In this document: positions 46,662 through 60,200 of the stretch, one piece after another
Position numbering within the stretch: position 1 is the first letter of the stretch
How the letters are laid out: each line of letters begins with the position of its first letter
Source of the DNA: Centroscyllium fabricii
Taxonomy: Eukaryota
Direction of reading: 5' to 3'
NCBI GenBank assembly: GCA_051313645.2
Contig: JBNRSN020000031.1
Location: 13,826,001 to 13,890,000, forward strand
Length of the DNA: 64,000 nt
Made by a program: the position numbers and the translations under genes
Notes under the pieces: model-generated
The model's input: only the letters and a program-made list of their open reading frames with translations
Databases searched by the model: none
What the model was told of the DNA's origin: nothing

Positions 46662-49579
46662 TTGTCCAATTCCATGATGGGGATTAAGGTGGACGGGAAC
46701 GTCATGAATTGCCTGTTCGACACCGGTAGCATAGAGAGCTTTATACACCCCGACACAGTGCGGCGCTACGCACTGCGGACCCAGCCCACACACTACCAAA
46801 TCTCCCTTGCCTCAAAGTCCCACACGGCGGACGTCACCGGCTACTGCAGCGTCATGATCAGGGACTGCATTTACCGCAACTTTAAGTTGTACATCCTCCA
46901 GCGGTTGTGCGCACCAGTCTTACTGGTACTGGATTTCCAGTGCCACCTGAAGAGCGTAACGGTGGATTTCGGTGGAACCCTGGCCCCCCTCACCGTCAGT
47001 AGCCGGGACAATCCCTACTTAAAGCGGAGCTCGACTTGCGGCCTGTCCACATTAAAAGTCGTCACCCCTCACTGTTCGCCAATCTCGACCCCAAATGCAA
47101 GCCCATTGCTACTAAAAGTCGGCGTTACAGTGCAGTGGACCGGGCGTTTATCAGGTCGGAAGTCGAGTGTATGCTGCAAGAAGGGATCATTGATGCCAGA
47201 ACCAGCCCTTGGCGGGCCCAGGTCGTAGTGGTTAAGACGGGTGAGAAACTGCGCATGGTCATTGACTATAGCCAGACGATTAACCGCTACACCGGGCTCG
47301 ACGCCTACCCCCTCCCCCGCATCTCGGATATGGTAAACCAGATCGCCCAGTACAAGGTCTTTTCCACAATCGACCTTAAGTCGGCGTATCACCAACTCCC
47401 CATCCGGAAATCCGACCGCCAGTACACCGCTTTCGAGGCGAACGGCCGGCTCTACCACTTCCTCCGGGTCCCCATCGGCGTGATCAACGGAGTGTCGGTG
47501 TTCCAGAGGGAGATGGACCGTATAGTTGACCAGAACGGGTTGCAGACCACCTTCCCCTACCTGGACAACGTGACCATCTGCGGCCACGACCAGCACGACC
47601 ACGATGCCAACCTCGCCAAATTCCTGCACACGGCGAAACGGCTGGATCTCACGTACAATAAAGACAAGTGTGTCTTTAGTACGGATCGGCTCGCTATCCT
47701 CGGATATGTGGTGGAAAACGGGGTCCTCGGCCACGACCCACAGCGTATGCGCCCCTTGCAAGAGCTTCCCTTACCTCACAACCCCAAAGCCCTGAGGAGA
47801 TGTCTAGGGTTCTTTTCTTATTACGCGCAATGGGTCCCCCAGTACACGAATAAGGCCAGACCTCTCCTCAAGGCCGATGTCTTCCCCCTCTCGGAAGAAG
47901 CCCAAACGGCATTCGCCCGGATTAAGGAAGACATCATCAAGGCGACCATGCACACCGTTGATGAGCCCATCCCTTTCCAGATGGAGAGCGACGCTTCGGA
48001 CTTTGCCCTTGCTGCCACCCTGAATCAGGCAGGCAGGCCCATAGCGTTTTTCTCCCGCACCCTACAGGGACCCGAAACTCGCCACTCAGCAGTGGAAAAG
48101 GAGGCCCAGGCCATCGTGGAGGCCGTGCGCTACTGGCGTCATTACCTGGCCGGTAAGTGTTTTACCCTGCTCACCGACCAACGGTCGGTGGCGTTTATGT
48201 TTAACAATAAACAACGGGGTAAAATCAAGAATGATAAGATCCTGCGGTGGCGGATCGAACGCTCGACTTACGAGTATGACATTCTTTACCGACCAGGTAA
48301 ACTCAATGAACCCCCGGACGCACTGTCCAGGGGAACGTGCGCCAGTGCCCAGCTCGACCGGCTAAAGGACCTCCACGACCGCCTTTGCCACCCGGGTGTC
48401 ACCAGACTCGCCCACTTCATCAAGTCCCGTAGCCTCCACTACTCCAGCATGGAGATCAAGGCTATGACCCGAGAGTGCCCTGTCTGTGCCGAGTGCAAAC
48501 CCCACTTTTTCCGGCCAGACACGGCGCACCTCATTAAGGCCACCCGCCCCTTTGAACGTCTCAGCATGGACTTCAAAGGCCCCCTCCCATCCACCGACCG
48601 CAACTCATACTTCCTCACGGTAGTGGATGAGTTCTCCCGCTTCCCCTTCGCCTTCCCCTGCCCAGACATGACGAGCGCAACGGTGATCAAACACTTCACC
48701 ACGCTGTTCGCCATTTTCGGTCTCCCCAGCTACATCCATAGCGACCGGGGGTCATCGTTCATGAGCGATGAACTGCGCCAGTTTCTGCTCCAGAGAGGGG
48801 TTGCCACGAGCAGAACGACCAGTTATAACCCCCGGGGGAACGGCCAGGTAGAAAGGGAGAATGGGATCATTTGGAAGGCGGTCACCCTGGCTCTCAAGTC
48901 CAGAGGCCTTCCAGTGTCCCATTGGCAGGCAGTCCTCCCAGACGCGCTGCACTCTATACGCTCTCTATTATGTACTGCCACTAACGCCACCCCGCACGAT
49001 CTGATTTTCTCTTTCAACAGGAGGTCGACTTCGGGTACAGCTCTTCCTCCATGGCTGACGACTCCGGGGCCGGTTTTGCTTAGAAGGCATGTCCGGAGCC
49101 ACAAGACAGACCCCCTGGTGGACAAGGTACAGCTCCTACACGCAAACCCGCACTACGCCTTCGTGCAGTTCCCGGACGGGCGTGAGGACACCGTGTCCAT
49201 CAGGGACCTGGCTCCCGCAGGAAGCACCACCGCAGAGGCCCCGGCCGGCCAGCAGGCCGACCAACCACCAGACACACGATGGCCCCTGAGTTTCCCCGAA
49301 CACCAGCAGTGGCCTGCACTGAACTACGACCCGGATGGCGGGGACCAGCCGAGTCCACCGCCACCTGAAGCCACAGCACCGGCAGATGCGGGCGATTCGA
49401 ACCAGGAGGCACCACCACCAACACCGGAACGCCGGCGGTCCTCCAGGCAGACACGACCGCCGGACAGACTTATCATGAACTGTTCGACCCATTCACCCCC
49501 ACCGGACTTAAAATTTTCAAGAAGGGGTGAATGTGGTAACCCTTTTGTGTCTGCATTACCACTGTATCATTATGGCTAA
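46662..49579 (+). pseudogene. pol: Gypsy pol copy 2 (chimera: 5' B-type, 3' E-type), frameshifted between PR and RT
   Basis: PR ORF 46662-47228 and RT-RH-IN ORF 47036-49579 lie in different frames. The 3' half is near-identical to copy 1. Confidence 0.9.
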
Positions 49580-49926
49580 TAATGGGCTATGCAGATGTTG
49601 GGCACAGCCCTGTATACTGTGACACTGTTGGGAGCCAGGTCAGTCACACCTCTAACTCCTCCCCCAGATGAGGCCCCGTTATAGGTGAGATCTGACCGAG
49701 GCTCCTCATTCCTGTACTGAAGTTCGTTCCGGAGGGTAGCTCCGTTCTTAGCAATTAAAAGCCTTTAGTTTCGGTAACTACTCGTCGACTCTTTTAATCG
49801 AAGGTATTGACGATACGTCAGAGACTAGCTCCATCTTTAAGTTATTAAAAGCCTGTAGTTAAGGTCACTACTCGTCTTTTGCCTTATTGACGATACGTCA
49901 CTGTCGATCAGGCTAGGCCGCACACC

Positions 49927-52772
49927 TTGTCCAATTCCATGATGGGGATTAAGGTGGACGGGAACGTCACGAATTGCCTGTTCGACACCGGTAGCATAGA
50001 GAGCTTTATACACCCCGACACAGTGCGGCGCTACGCACTGCGGACCCAGCCCACGCACTACCAAATCTCCCTTGCCTCAAAGTCCCACACGGCGGACGTC
50101 ACCGGCTACTGCAGCGTCACGATCAGGGACTGCATTTACCGCAACTTTAAGTTGTACATCCTCCAGCGGTTGTGCGCCCCAGTCTTACTGGTACTGGATT
50201 TCCAGTGCCACCTGAAGAGCGTGACGATGGATTTCGGTGGAACCCTGGCCCCCCTCACCGTCAGTAGCCGGGACAATCCCTACTTAAAGCGGAGCTCGAC
50301 TTGCGGCCTGTCCACATTAAAAGTCGACACCCCTCACTGTTCGCCAATCTTGACCCCAAATGCAAGCCCATTGCTACTAAAAGTCGGCGTTACAATGCAG
50401 GGGACCGGGCGTTTATCAGGTCGGAAGTCGAGTGTATGCTGCAAGAAGGGATCATTGATGCCAGAACCAGCCCTTGGCGGGCCCAGGTCGTAGTGGTTAA
50501 GACGGGTGAGAAACTGCGCATGGTCATTGACTATAGCCAGACGATTAACCGCTACACCGGGCTCGACGCCTACCCCCTCCCCCGCATCTCGGATATGGTA
50601 AACCAGATCGCCCAGTACAAGGTCTTTTCCACAATCGACCTTAAGTCGGCGTATCACCAACTCCCCATCCGGAAATCCGACCGCCAGTACACCGCTTTCG
50701 AGGCGAACGGCCGGCTCTACCACTTCCTCCGGGTCCCCATCGGCGTGATCAACGGAGTGTCGGTGTTCCAGAGGGAGATGGACCGTATGGTTGACCAGAA
50801 CGGGTTGCAGGCCACCTTCCCCTACCTGGACAACGTGACCATCTGCGGCCACGACCAGCACGACCACGATGCCAACCTCGCCAAATTCCTGCACACGGCG
50901 AAACGGCTGGATCTCACGTACAATAAAGACAAGTGTGTCTTTAGTACGGATCGGCTCGCTATCCTCGGATACGTGGTGGAAAACGGGGTCCTCGGCCACG
51001 ACCCACAGCGTATGCGCCCCTTGCAAGAGCTTCCCTTACCTCACAACCCCAAAACCCTGAGGAGATGTCTAGGGTTCTTTTCTTATTACGCGCAATGGGT
51101 CCCCCAGTACGCGAATAAGGCCAGACCTCTCCTCAAGGCCGATGTCTTCCCCCTCTCGGGTGAAGCCCAAATGGCATTCGCCAGGATTAAGGAAGACATC
51201 ATCAAGGCGACCATGCACACCGTTGATGAGTCCATCCCTTTCCAGGTGGAGAGTGATGCTTCGGACTTCGCCCTTGCTGTCACCCTGAACCAGGCAGGCA
51301 GGCCCGTAGCGTTTTTCTCCCGGACCCTACAGGGACCCGAAACTCGCCACTCAGCAGTGGAAAAGGAGGCCCAGGCCATCGTGGAGGCAGTGCGCTACTG
51401 GCGTCATTACCTGGCCGGTAAGCGTTTTACCCTGCTCACCGACCAACGGTCGGTGGCGTTTATGTTTAATAATAAACAACGGGATAAAATCAAGAATGAT
51501 AAGATCCTGCGCTGGCGGATCGAGCTCTCGAATTACGAGTACGACATTCTTTACCGTCCAGGCAAACTCAATGAACCCCCAGACACACTGTCCAGGGGAA
51601 CGTGCGCCAGCGCCCAGCTTGACCGGCTGAAGACCCTCCACGATAGCCTCTGCCACCCGGGTGTCACCAGACTCGCCCATTTCGTTAAGTCCCGTAGACT
51701 TCCCTACTCCATCACGGAGATCAAGGCTATGACCAGAGAGTGCCCTGTCTGCACCGAGTGCAAACCCCAATTTTACAGGCCAGACACGGCGCACATCATC
51801 AAGGCCACCCGCCCCTTTGAACGTCTGAGCGTGGACTTCAAAGGCCCCCTCCCCTCCACTGACCGCAGCTCGTACTTCCTCACGGTCGTGGACGAGTTCT
51901 CCCGCTTCCCCTTCGCCTTCCCCTGCCCAGACATGACGAGTGCAATGGTGATAAGACACTTCACCACGCTGTTCACCATTTTCGGTCTCCCCAGCTACAT
52001 CCATAGCGACCAGGGGTCGTCGTTCATGAGCGACGAACTGCATCAGTTTCTGCTTCAGAAAGGGGTTGCCTCAAGCAGAACGACCAGTTACAACCCCCGG
52101 GGGAACGGCCAGGTAGAAAGGGAGAATGGGATCATCTGGAAGGCGGTCAACCTGGCCCTGAAGTCCAGAGGCCTTCCAGTGTCCCGTTGGCAGGCAGTCC
52201 TCCCAGACATGCTCCACTCCATCCACTCTCTGCTGTGTACGGCTACAAACGCTACACCTCACGACCTATTATTTTCCTTCCCCAGGAAGTCGACTTCGGG
52301 GACAGCACTCCCACCGTGGCTCACGACGCCAGGGCCAGTCTTAATTAGGAAACATGTCCGCGGCCATAAGACCGACCCCCTTGTGGAAAAGGTGCAGCTG
52401 CTGCATGCCAACCCGCAGTATGCCTACGTGCAATTCCCGGACGGGCGCGAGGACACAGTTTCCATCAGAGACCTAGAGCCCACCGGGAGCACTAGAGCAG
52501 AACCCCCGGTCGACCCTCAGCCCAACCAGCCACCATCTACCGAACACTGGCCTACATATCAACCAACATCCACCAATTACTGGCCTACCTACACACACAC
52601 ACCGGGGCCCTCGACGCTATCGGCCGACAACCCAGGGCCGGACGCCATGCTGCAGGCACTGTTGCCGGAGGACCCGACCCCGTCACCACAACTGGCACCA
52701 GCGCCGCTACCGGAAACCCGGCGGTCATCACGACAGACACGACCACCCGAAAGACTGATAGAAAATTGCTGA
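49927..52772 (+). pseudogene. pol: Gypsy pol copy 3 (5' B-type, distinct 3' tail followed by a D-type LTR), same frameshift
   Basis: ORFs 49927-50493 and 50301-52772. Confidence 0.9.
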
Positions 52773-53165
52773 TACGGACATATAATTTTTTTTGCACTGT
52801 GCTGTTCCATTCACCCCGCCGGACTCATTTTCAAAGAAGGGGTGAATATGGTAATCATATTACCAGTGTATATAGTTGGATTGTAACTGTACTGCTCCAC
52901 ATGACCCATGTATATAGTTGCTTGGTGCATTGGATGTATTGGATGTAGAACACGGTTGTAAGGCCAGGTCAGCCACACCTCTAACTCCTCCCCTCAGGTG
53001 GGAGCCTTATAGGTGAGGTCTGCCCTGCCCCCAGTCATTCTGTGCCTGATGTACAACTGGAGACTAGCTCCATCTTTAAGTTATTAAAAGCCTGTAGTTA
53101 AGGTCACTACTCGTCTTTTGCCTTATTGACGATACGTCACTGTCGATCAGGCTAGGCCGCACACC

Positions 53166-55936
53166 TTGTCCAATTCCATGATGGGGATTAAGGTGGACGG
53201 GAACGTCACGAACTGCCTGTTCGACACCGGTGGCATAGAGAGCTTTATACACCCCGACACAGTGCGGCGCTATGCACTGCGGACCCAGCCCACGCACTAC
53301 CAAATCTCCCTTGCCTCAAAGTCCCACACGGCGGACGTCACCGGCTACTGCAGCGTCACGATCAGGGACTGCATTTACCGCAACTTTAAGTTGTACATCC
53401 TCCAACAGTTGTGCGCACCAGTCTTACTGGGACTGGATTTCCAATGCCACCTGAAGTGCGTGACGATGGATTTCGGTGGAACCCTGGCCCCCCTCACCGT
53501 CAGTAGCCGGGACAATCCCTACTTAAAGCGATGCTCGACTTGCGGCCTGTCCACATTAAAAGTCAACACCCCTCACTGTTCGCCAATCTCGACCCCAAAT
53601 GCAAGCCCATTGCTACTAAAAGTCGGCGTTACAGTGCAGGGGACCGGGCGTTTATCAGGTCGGAAGTCGAGCGTATGCTGCAAGAAGGGATCATTGATGC
53701 CAGAACCAGCCCTTGGCGGGCCCAGGTCGTAGTGGTTAAGACGGGCGAGAAACTGCGCATGGTCATTGACTATAGCCAGACGATTAACCGCTACACCGGG
53801 CTCGACGCCTACCCCCTCCCCCGCATCTCGGATATGGTAAACCAGATCGCCCAGTACAAGGTCTTTTCCACAATCGACCTTAAGTCGGCGTATCACCAAC
53901 TCCCCATCCGGAAATCCGACCGCCAGTACACCGCTTTCGAGGCGAACGGCCGGCTCTACCACTTCCTCCGGGTCCCCTTCGGCATGATCAACGGAGTGTC
54001 GGTGTTCCAGAGAGAGATGGACTGTATGGTTGACCAGAACGGGTTGCAGGCCACCTTCCCCTACCTGGACAACGTGACCATCTGCGGCCACGACCAGCAC
54101 GACCACGATGCCAACCTCGCCAAATTCCTGCACACGGCGAAACGGCTGGATCTCACGTACAATAAAGACAAGTGTGTCTTTAGTATGGATCAGCTCGCTA
54201 TCCTCGGATATGTGGTGGAAAACGGGGTCCCCGGCCCCGACCCACAGCGTATGCGCCCTTACCTCACAACCCCAAAGCCCTGAGGAGATGTCTAGGGTTC
54301 TTTTCTTATTACGCGCAATGGGTCCCCCAGTACGCGAATCAGGCCAGACCTCTCCTCAAGGCCGATGTCTTCCCCCTCTCGGAAGAAGCCCAAACGGCAT
54401 TCGCCCGGATTAAGGAAGACATCATCAAGGCGACCATGCACACCGTTGAAGAGTCCATCCCTTTCCAGGTGGAGAGTGACGCTTCGGACTTCGCCCTTGC
54501 CATCACCCTGAACCAGGCAGGCAGTCCCGTAGCGTATTTCTCCCGGACCCTACAGGGACCCGAAACTCACCACTCAGCAGTGGAAAAGGATGCCCAGGCC
54601 ATCGTGGAGGCAGTACGCTACTGGCGTCATTACCTGGCCGGTAAGCGTTTTACCCTGCTCACCGACCAAATGGTCGGTGGCGTTTATGTTTAATAATAAA
54701 CAACGGGATAAAATCAAGAATGATAAGATCCTGCGGTGGCGGAACGAGCTCTCGACTTACGAGTACGACATTCTTTACCGTCCAGGCAAATTCAATGAAC
54801 CCCCGGATGCACTGTCCAGGGGAACATGCGCCAGCGCCCAGCTTGACCGGCTGAAGGCCCTCCACGACTGGCTCTGCCACCCGGGTGTCACCAGACTCGC
54901 CCACTTCGTCAAATCCCGTAGCCTCCCCTACTCCATCACGGAGATAAAGGCTATGACCAAAGAGTGCCCTGTCTGTGCCGAGTGCAATCCCTAATTTTAC
55001 AGGCCAGACACGGCGCATATCATCAAGGCCACCCGCCCCTTTGAACGCCTGAGCGTGGACTTCAAAGGCCCCCTCCCCTCCACTGACCGCAACTCGTATT
55101 TCCTCACGGTCACAGACGAGTTCTCACGCTTCCCCTTCATCTTCCCCTGCCCAGACATGACGAGCGCAACGGTGATCAAACTCTTCACCACGCTGTTCGC
55201 CATTTTCGGTCTCCCCAGCTACATCCATAGCGACCGGGGGTCGTCGTTCATGAGCGACGAACTGCGTCAGTTTCTGCTTCAGAAAGGGGTTGCCTCAAGC
55301 AGAACGACCAGTTACAACCCCCGGGGGAACGGCCAGGTAGAAAGGGAGAACGGGACCATCTGGAAGGCGGTCAACCTGGGCCTGAAGTCCAGAGGCCTTC
55401 CAGTTTCCCGTTGGCAGGAGGTCCTCCCAGACGCGCTCCATGCCATCCGCTCTCTATTGTGTACCGCTACTAATTCAACACCTCACGACCTGTTATTTTC
55501 CTTCCCCAGGAAGTCGACTTCGGTGACAGCACTCCCGCTGTGGCTCACAGCGCAGGGGCCGGTGTTGCTTAGGAAACACATCCGCGGCCACAAGACCGAC
55601 CCCCTGGTGGAACGGGTGCACCTGCTCCACGCCAACCCACAGTATGCCTACGTGACATTCCCAGACGGGCGCGAGGACACAGTCTCGATCAGGGCAGAAC
55701 CCCCGGTCGAGCCTCAGCCCGACCAGCCACCACCCACCGAATACTGGCCCCCATACATACACACACCGGGGCCCTCAACAACACCGATCAACCACCCGGG
55801 ATCGGACACCGCACCGCCGGCACCATTGGCGGAGAGCCCGATCCCGGCCCTGCAACCGGCACCACCACTGTTACCGGCACCCCGGCGGTCCTCGAGGCAG
55901 ACGCGACCGCCGGAGAGACTAATAGCACAGTGCTGA
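53166..55936 (+). pseudogene. pol: Gypsy pol copy 4 (element B proper), multiply disrupted
   Basis: Fragments 53166-53732, 53531-54283, 54436-54693, 54590-54994 and 55055-55936, followed by a PPT and the B-type LTR. Confidence 0.9.
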
Positions 55937-56949
55937 TTGCGTCTAACGGACATATCAAAATTTTATTTATTTTTTCTCTCTCTTCTCTCGTTCACCCCGC
56001 CGGACTTGTGTTTAAAGAAGGGGTGAATGTGGTAACCGTAATTACCAGTGTATATATATGGATGTGTTGACCTTCAACTCTGTACGTTGTGTGTATATAT
56101 ATGGATGTGTTCACCTTCAACTCTGTACATCGTGTGCAAGGCCTGGTCAGCCACACCTCTAACTCCTCCCCTCAGGTGGGAGCATATAGTTGAGGGCCGC
56201 CCTGCCCCCGCTCATTCTCGCCTTTAACTCGACAGGAGACTAGCTCCATTGTAAGTGAATAAAAGCCTGTAGTTTGGGTAACTACTCGTCTTCCGTGTTT
56301 GATTGACGATACGTCAGACGGCAGGCCTCTGCTATTATCATGCCCATTTTGGTGCGACGGCCTACCGCTGCCTCCCGCCCTGCAATTTCACCACAAAAAA
56401 AGGAAGCCCTGCCCGACCCACCGATTCCTCGCCCCCAGCGGATTTCATCTGATTGACACCCCGCCGCCACGATGGCCGTCGGTTCAGCATGGAAACTCCT
56501 CTACATTACTGATTCATTTTCCGGGCGGCGATTCCTCTGTGACACAGGTGCGCAGTGCAGTATTCTTCCAGCTTCCACCCTCGATGTCCAAGCAGGTCAG
56601 AGCGGACGTGCCTGCTCTTCAACCTGCCAGCCTTCCAGACACTCCTCCTCACCTGCCATCCGGGTAGTACAGCCGCTCTGGTCGTTTGATCAAACCACCT
56701 GAACGATTGACTTTCTCGGTTAAAGAGGATTCTGGGCGGGACGCATGTGGCAGTTCCACATCGGGGTATAAATGTCTGTATATAGAAACTGTATGTAAAA
56801 TCCTCTTTAACTTACATGCTTCCCCTCCCCTTTAAGAGAGAGAGAAAACAGACCTCACGTGATCCAACGTGGTGACATCATCACGCGTTTTGCGGGCTTC
56901 CTTGTTTAAAGTTTTTGGGAGTTCGATCGGTGAAGACCTGTTTTTGTGC

Positions 56950-57512
56950 TGAGAGGGAATGGGGTTCAGTGTTGGGAGGGAGTGGGGTTCAGTGTTCGGA
57001 CGGAGTGGGGTTCAGTGTTCGGACGGAGTGGGGTTCAGTGTTGGGAGGGAGTGGGTTCAGTGTTGGGAGGGAATGGGAATCAGTTTTGGAAGGGAATGGG
57101 GTTAAGTGTTCAGATGGAGTGGGGTTCAGTGTTGGGAGAGAGTGGGGTTCAGTGTTGGGAGGGAGTGAGATTCAGTGTTGGGACTGAGTGGGGTCCAGTG
57201 TTGGGAGGGAGTGGGGTTCAGTGTTGGGAGGGAGTGAGATTCAGTGTTGGGACTGAGTGGGGTTCAGTGTTGGGAGGGAGTGGGGTTCAGTGCTGGGAGG
57301 GAGTGGGGTTCAATGCTGGGACGGAGGGGGGTTCAGTGTTCGGACAGAGTGGGGTTCAGTGTTGGCAGGGAGTGGGGTTCAGTGTTGGGAGGGAGTGGGG
57401 TTCAGTGTTGGGACGGAGTGGGGTTCGGTGTTGGGACAGGGTGGGGTTCAGTGTTCGGACGGGGTGGGGTTCAGTGTTGGGAGGGAGTGGGGTTCAGTGC
57501 TGGGAGGGAGGG
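56950..57512. repeat. G-rich minisatellite, ~23-bp unit GAGTGGGGTTCAGTGTTGGGAGG
   Basis: Roughly two dozen tandem variant copies are visible. Confidence 0.92.
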
Positions 57513-58555
57513 GGTTTGGTTCAGGAAGGCAGTGGGGGCAGTTCTGAGAGGGAATTGAGGTTCGGTTCTGGCAGATCCAACTTCAGTCGGGAGTGCCGGC
57601 AGATTGACTTTTGTTTAAAGGATGGTTTGAAGGCTATTTTGGTTAAAGCCTATTTATGGATATTTATGGATGTGAATTGTAGATCATTGACTGCAATGGA
57701 ACTGAATATCAGGCGTTGCTTATAACGGGCAGCCGATCCGATGCCGCATGCTTTGTGCCACCGCCCGAGGCAAATTTCAATCCCTCTGTCTCACATGCTC
57801 ACAAGCCCGGTGAAACACCTGAAATTAAATTATTTAATTCCCCAGTACTAACGTCATTCACCCCATTGAGCACAAAGTTCGAAATAAAGTATTATTTTTT
57901 AAATCAGCCACATCTCGAAGTTGCATTCACATTTCATTTTCAATACATGCTGAGGGAACATGAGATCAGTCTTAGCCCATTCAACAACTCAAGCATGTTC
58001 CACCATTCAATTAGGTCATGGGCTAATATGTATCTTAACTCCATCTACCTTCCTTGGTTCTGTCACCCTTCATTCCCTTGGCTAAAAAGGGTGGGGATGG
58101 ACGGCCAATTGCGGGAGTGTGGGGCCGGGGCGGTTGAGGCGGGCGGACGTGTTGAAAGGGTATTTCCTAATCCTAGCCCTTTTGGGGTTAACTGGGATCA
58201 GGCTTATTTCCCAGGCATTCACTTTCAACTAAAGTCTGAGGTAGCCGAATCCTAAAGATGTGTAATTGGGTCTAAAGGCTATCTCTCCCCAACGGAAAGG
58301 AACAACACGAGAATGTTACCGTCCTCCAGATAGCGCTTTTAATAAGTTTAGCTAGACTGTAACCTTCTGGATATTATAAGGGTTCAGAGACCTCCTTCAG
58401 AATTATGTAACTCTTCACCAAAGAGTGTACAGAGATTAAATTAGCGAGTTATTGATACAGAAGACTTATGTGAAACAATTCTAAAAATATATAGAGATTT
58501 ATTAAAAGAACCGACATGCAATTTACAGTTGGTGAATCAGTCATTCGCAACGTTA

Positions 58556-59051
58556 AGGCCCTGTCACACCTAGACGTTTTAGCCAGCGTATGCAAATTTG
58601 GCTAAAACGCTGAACTTTTGACCTTTTTTTTCAGTTTTGGGCGTATAATAGCGTATTCATAACGTATTGGACGTATGCATAACGTATTAGTAACGTACAC
58701 AGAGCGTATCAATAACTTACAGATAACTTATACCAACGAATGCTTAGCGTTCACAACTTATGCCCAACAATAGTCTAACGTATGCATAGCGCGCGGCAGC
58801 GTATCGCCGACGTTTTAGATAAATTTTGATAAATTGGAAAACGCTAGCTTAAATCGTCAAGGTGTGACAGGGCATGACAGGGGCAAGGTAATGTGTGTTC
58901 AACGATCGCCTAACGTGCCTACAACGTATGTCCAGCGTATGCCAACGTGCTCTTAACGTATGCATAACGTACCCATAACGTATCCGACGTAAACCAGCGT
59001 TTTAGCCAAATTTGCATACGCTGGCTAAATCGTCTAGGTGTGACAGGGCCT
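58556..59051. mobile_element. PIF/Harbinger-type MITE with long TIRs and TTA TSD
   Basis: TIR AGGCCCTGTCACACCTAGACG...GGCTAAAACGCTG (~56 bp) mirrored at the right end. TTA at 58553-58555 and 59052-59054. An empty site exists in the paralog near 60490-60505. Confidence 0.88.
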
Positions 59052-59778
59052 TTAACAGTTGCAAAAAGAGAAAAAATACAATCTTATTATTAACAGAGAA
59101 TCTTACTTTTAAATCTTAACTTTGCTACAGTATTACAGTTCTTAAAGTTTTCTATACGGGATATCCATCAATATCAAATTCCTTTGATCTCCGTGGTACA
59201 AAGAGTGGGAGACCACAGAGTCAGCTCTGTTGTCGAGAATTGCTTTACCCGTTTAAAGCGACTCTGATATCCCATATACCCTTTACCAGCTGTATTTCCT
59301 TTAAGGTTTTTGTTGACCCACGTTAATTAACACTATTAATTTTTCTGCTGACCTCTGCAATTTTTTACTGCTGCATCAGCTTGTAATATTCCAAAATCTT
59401 GTCTTTCTCCAGGTGTTCTGGGTTCACCATATAAAACGGTGCGAAGGGCAGGTGTCCCTTATTTTTTGTCACCTTTACGAGGGCAGATCCTCCTTATCTT
59501 ATATGCCATCTTTACGAAGTTTAAATTAAAATACCTTATCCAGGGTGGACCATTGTTTTTGTTCCCAAAAGCCAGCTACTCGGAGCCATGCACCTTCTGT
59601 TTCAATAAGGTTATTTATTTAGGGTCAACAACTTGTCCTGTTTCAATAAGGCTAGAATTCTTTCATAAGATAGTGTTTTTTTTAAATAGGTTATATGGTT
59701 TATTACTTCACAGTGTGATGAAACCTCCGGGAATATGTCCAACCAGAGTTGGCAACTGTATGTGCAGGGCTTTACTCC

Positions 59779-60200
59779 ATTCAATTCAATTCAAGTTTTA
59801 TTGTCATTGCAGAGTACTAGTGCAATACAACGAGACGAAGACTCGACTCTCCCGAGAGTAGTGCAAATAAATTACATGCAAATTGCATACAGTAAAGTAC
59901 ATTATCAGGCGTGCAGGTACCGGAGTTTATTTTTAGAGTTCAGGAGGCTGACAGCCCTGGGGAAGAAGCTGTTCTGAAATCTAGTCGTGCGGGTGCGAAT
60001 TGATCTGTAGCGTCTCCCGGAGGGCAGGGGGGCGAACAGACTGTGGCTGGGGTGTGTGGGGTCTTTAATAATGTTCAGAGACCTCCGTAAGCAGCGTTTG
60101 AGGTAGATGCTTTCCATTGACGGCAGCTGTGTACCGGTGATTCGTTGAGCAGTTTTGACTACCCGCTGCAGGGTTTTCCGGTCCGAGATGGTGCAATTCC
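59779..60200 (-). mobile_element. Rex1/Babar-type LINE 3' fragment
   Basis: Near-identical to 13698-13739 plus 14270-14660. Confidence 0.85.

Larger units (their letters stand above)
40971..56316 (+). mobile_element. Gypsy element B expanded to 15.3 kb by nested insertions and tandem duplication
   Basis: Outer LTRs 40971-41215 and 56028-56316 with perfect TSD GACGG. Internal LTRs of two other types: D at 42581-42699 (partial), 46556-46635, 49821-49900 and 52847-53139; E at 46267-46555 and 49532-49820. Confidence 0.93.
40126..56950 (+). mobile_element. Degenerate CsRn1-like Gypsy relic hosting the nested complex
   Basis: 5' LTR 40126-40379. PBS TGGTGACCCC (tRNA-Trp type) at 40381. The gag (LKLPSF*...WF...AQF) resumes at 56322 with a CHCC knuckle (CYYHAHFG...CLPPC). 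Protease FLCDTGA near 56530, pol deleted, 3' LTR from 56746 truncated by a minisatellite. Confidence 0.85.

Noticed and set aside
47069-47761. Recurrent antisense ORFs (also 50334-51026, 53573-54133, 30304-31128)
   Set aside because: They are shadow frames of GC-rich pol, repeated only because pol is duplicated, and show no recognisable domain.
56915-57725. Gly/Val/Trp-rich ORFs
   Set aside because: They are translations of the 23-bp minisatellite.
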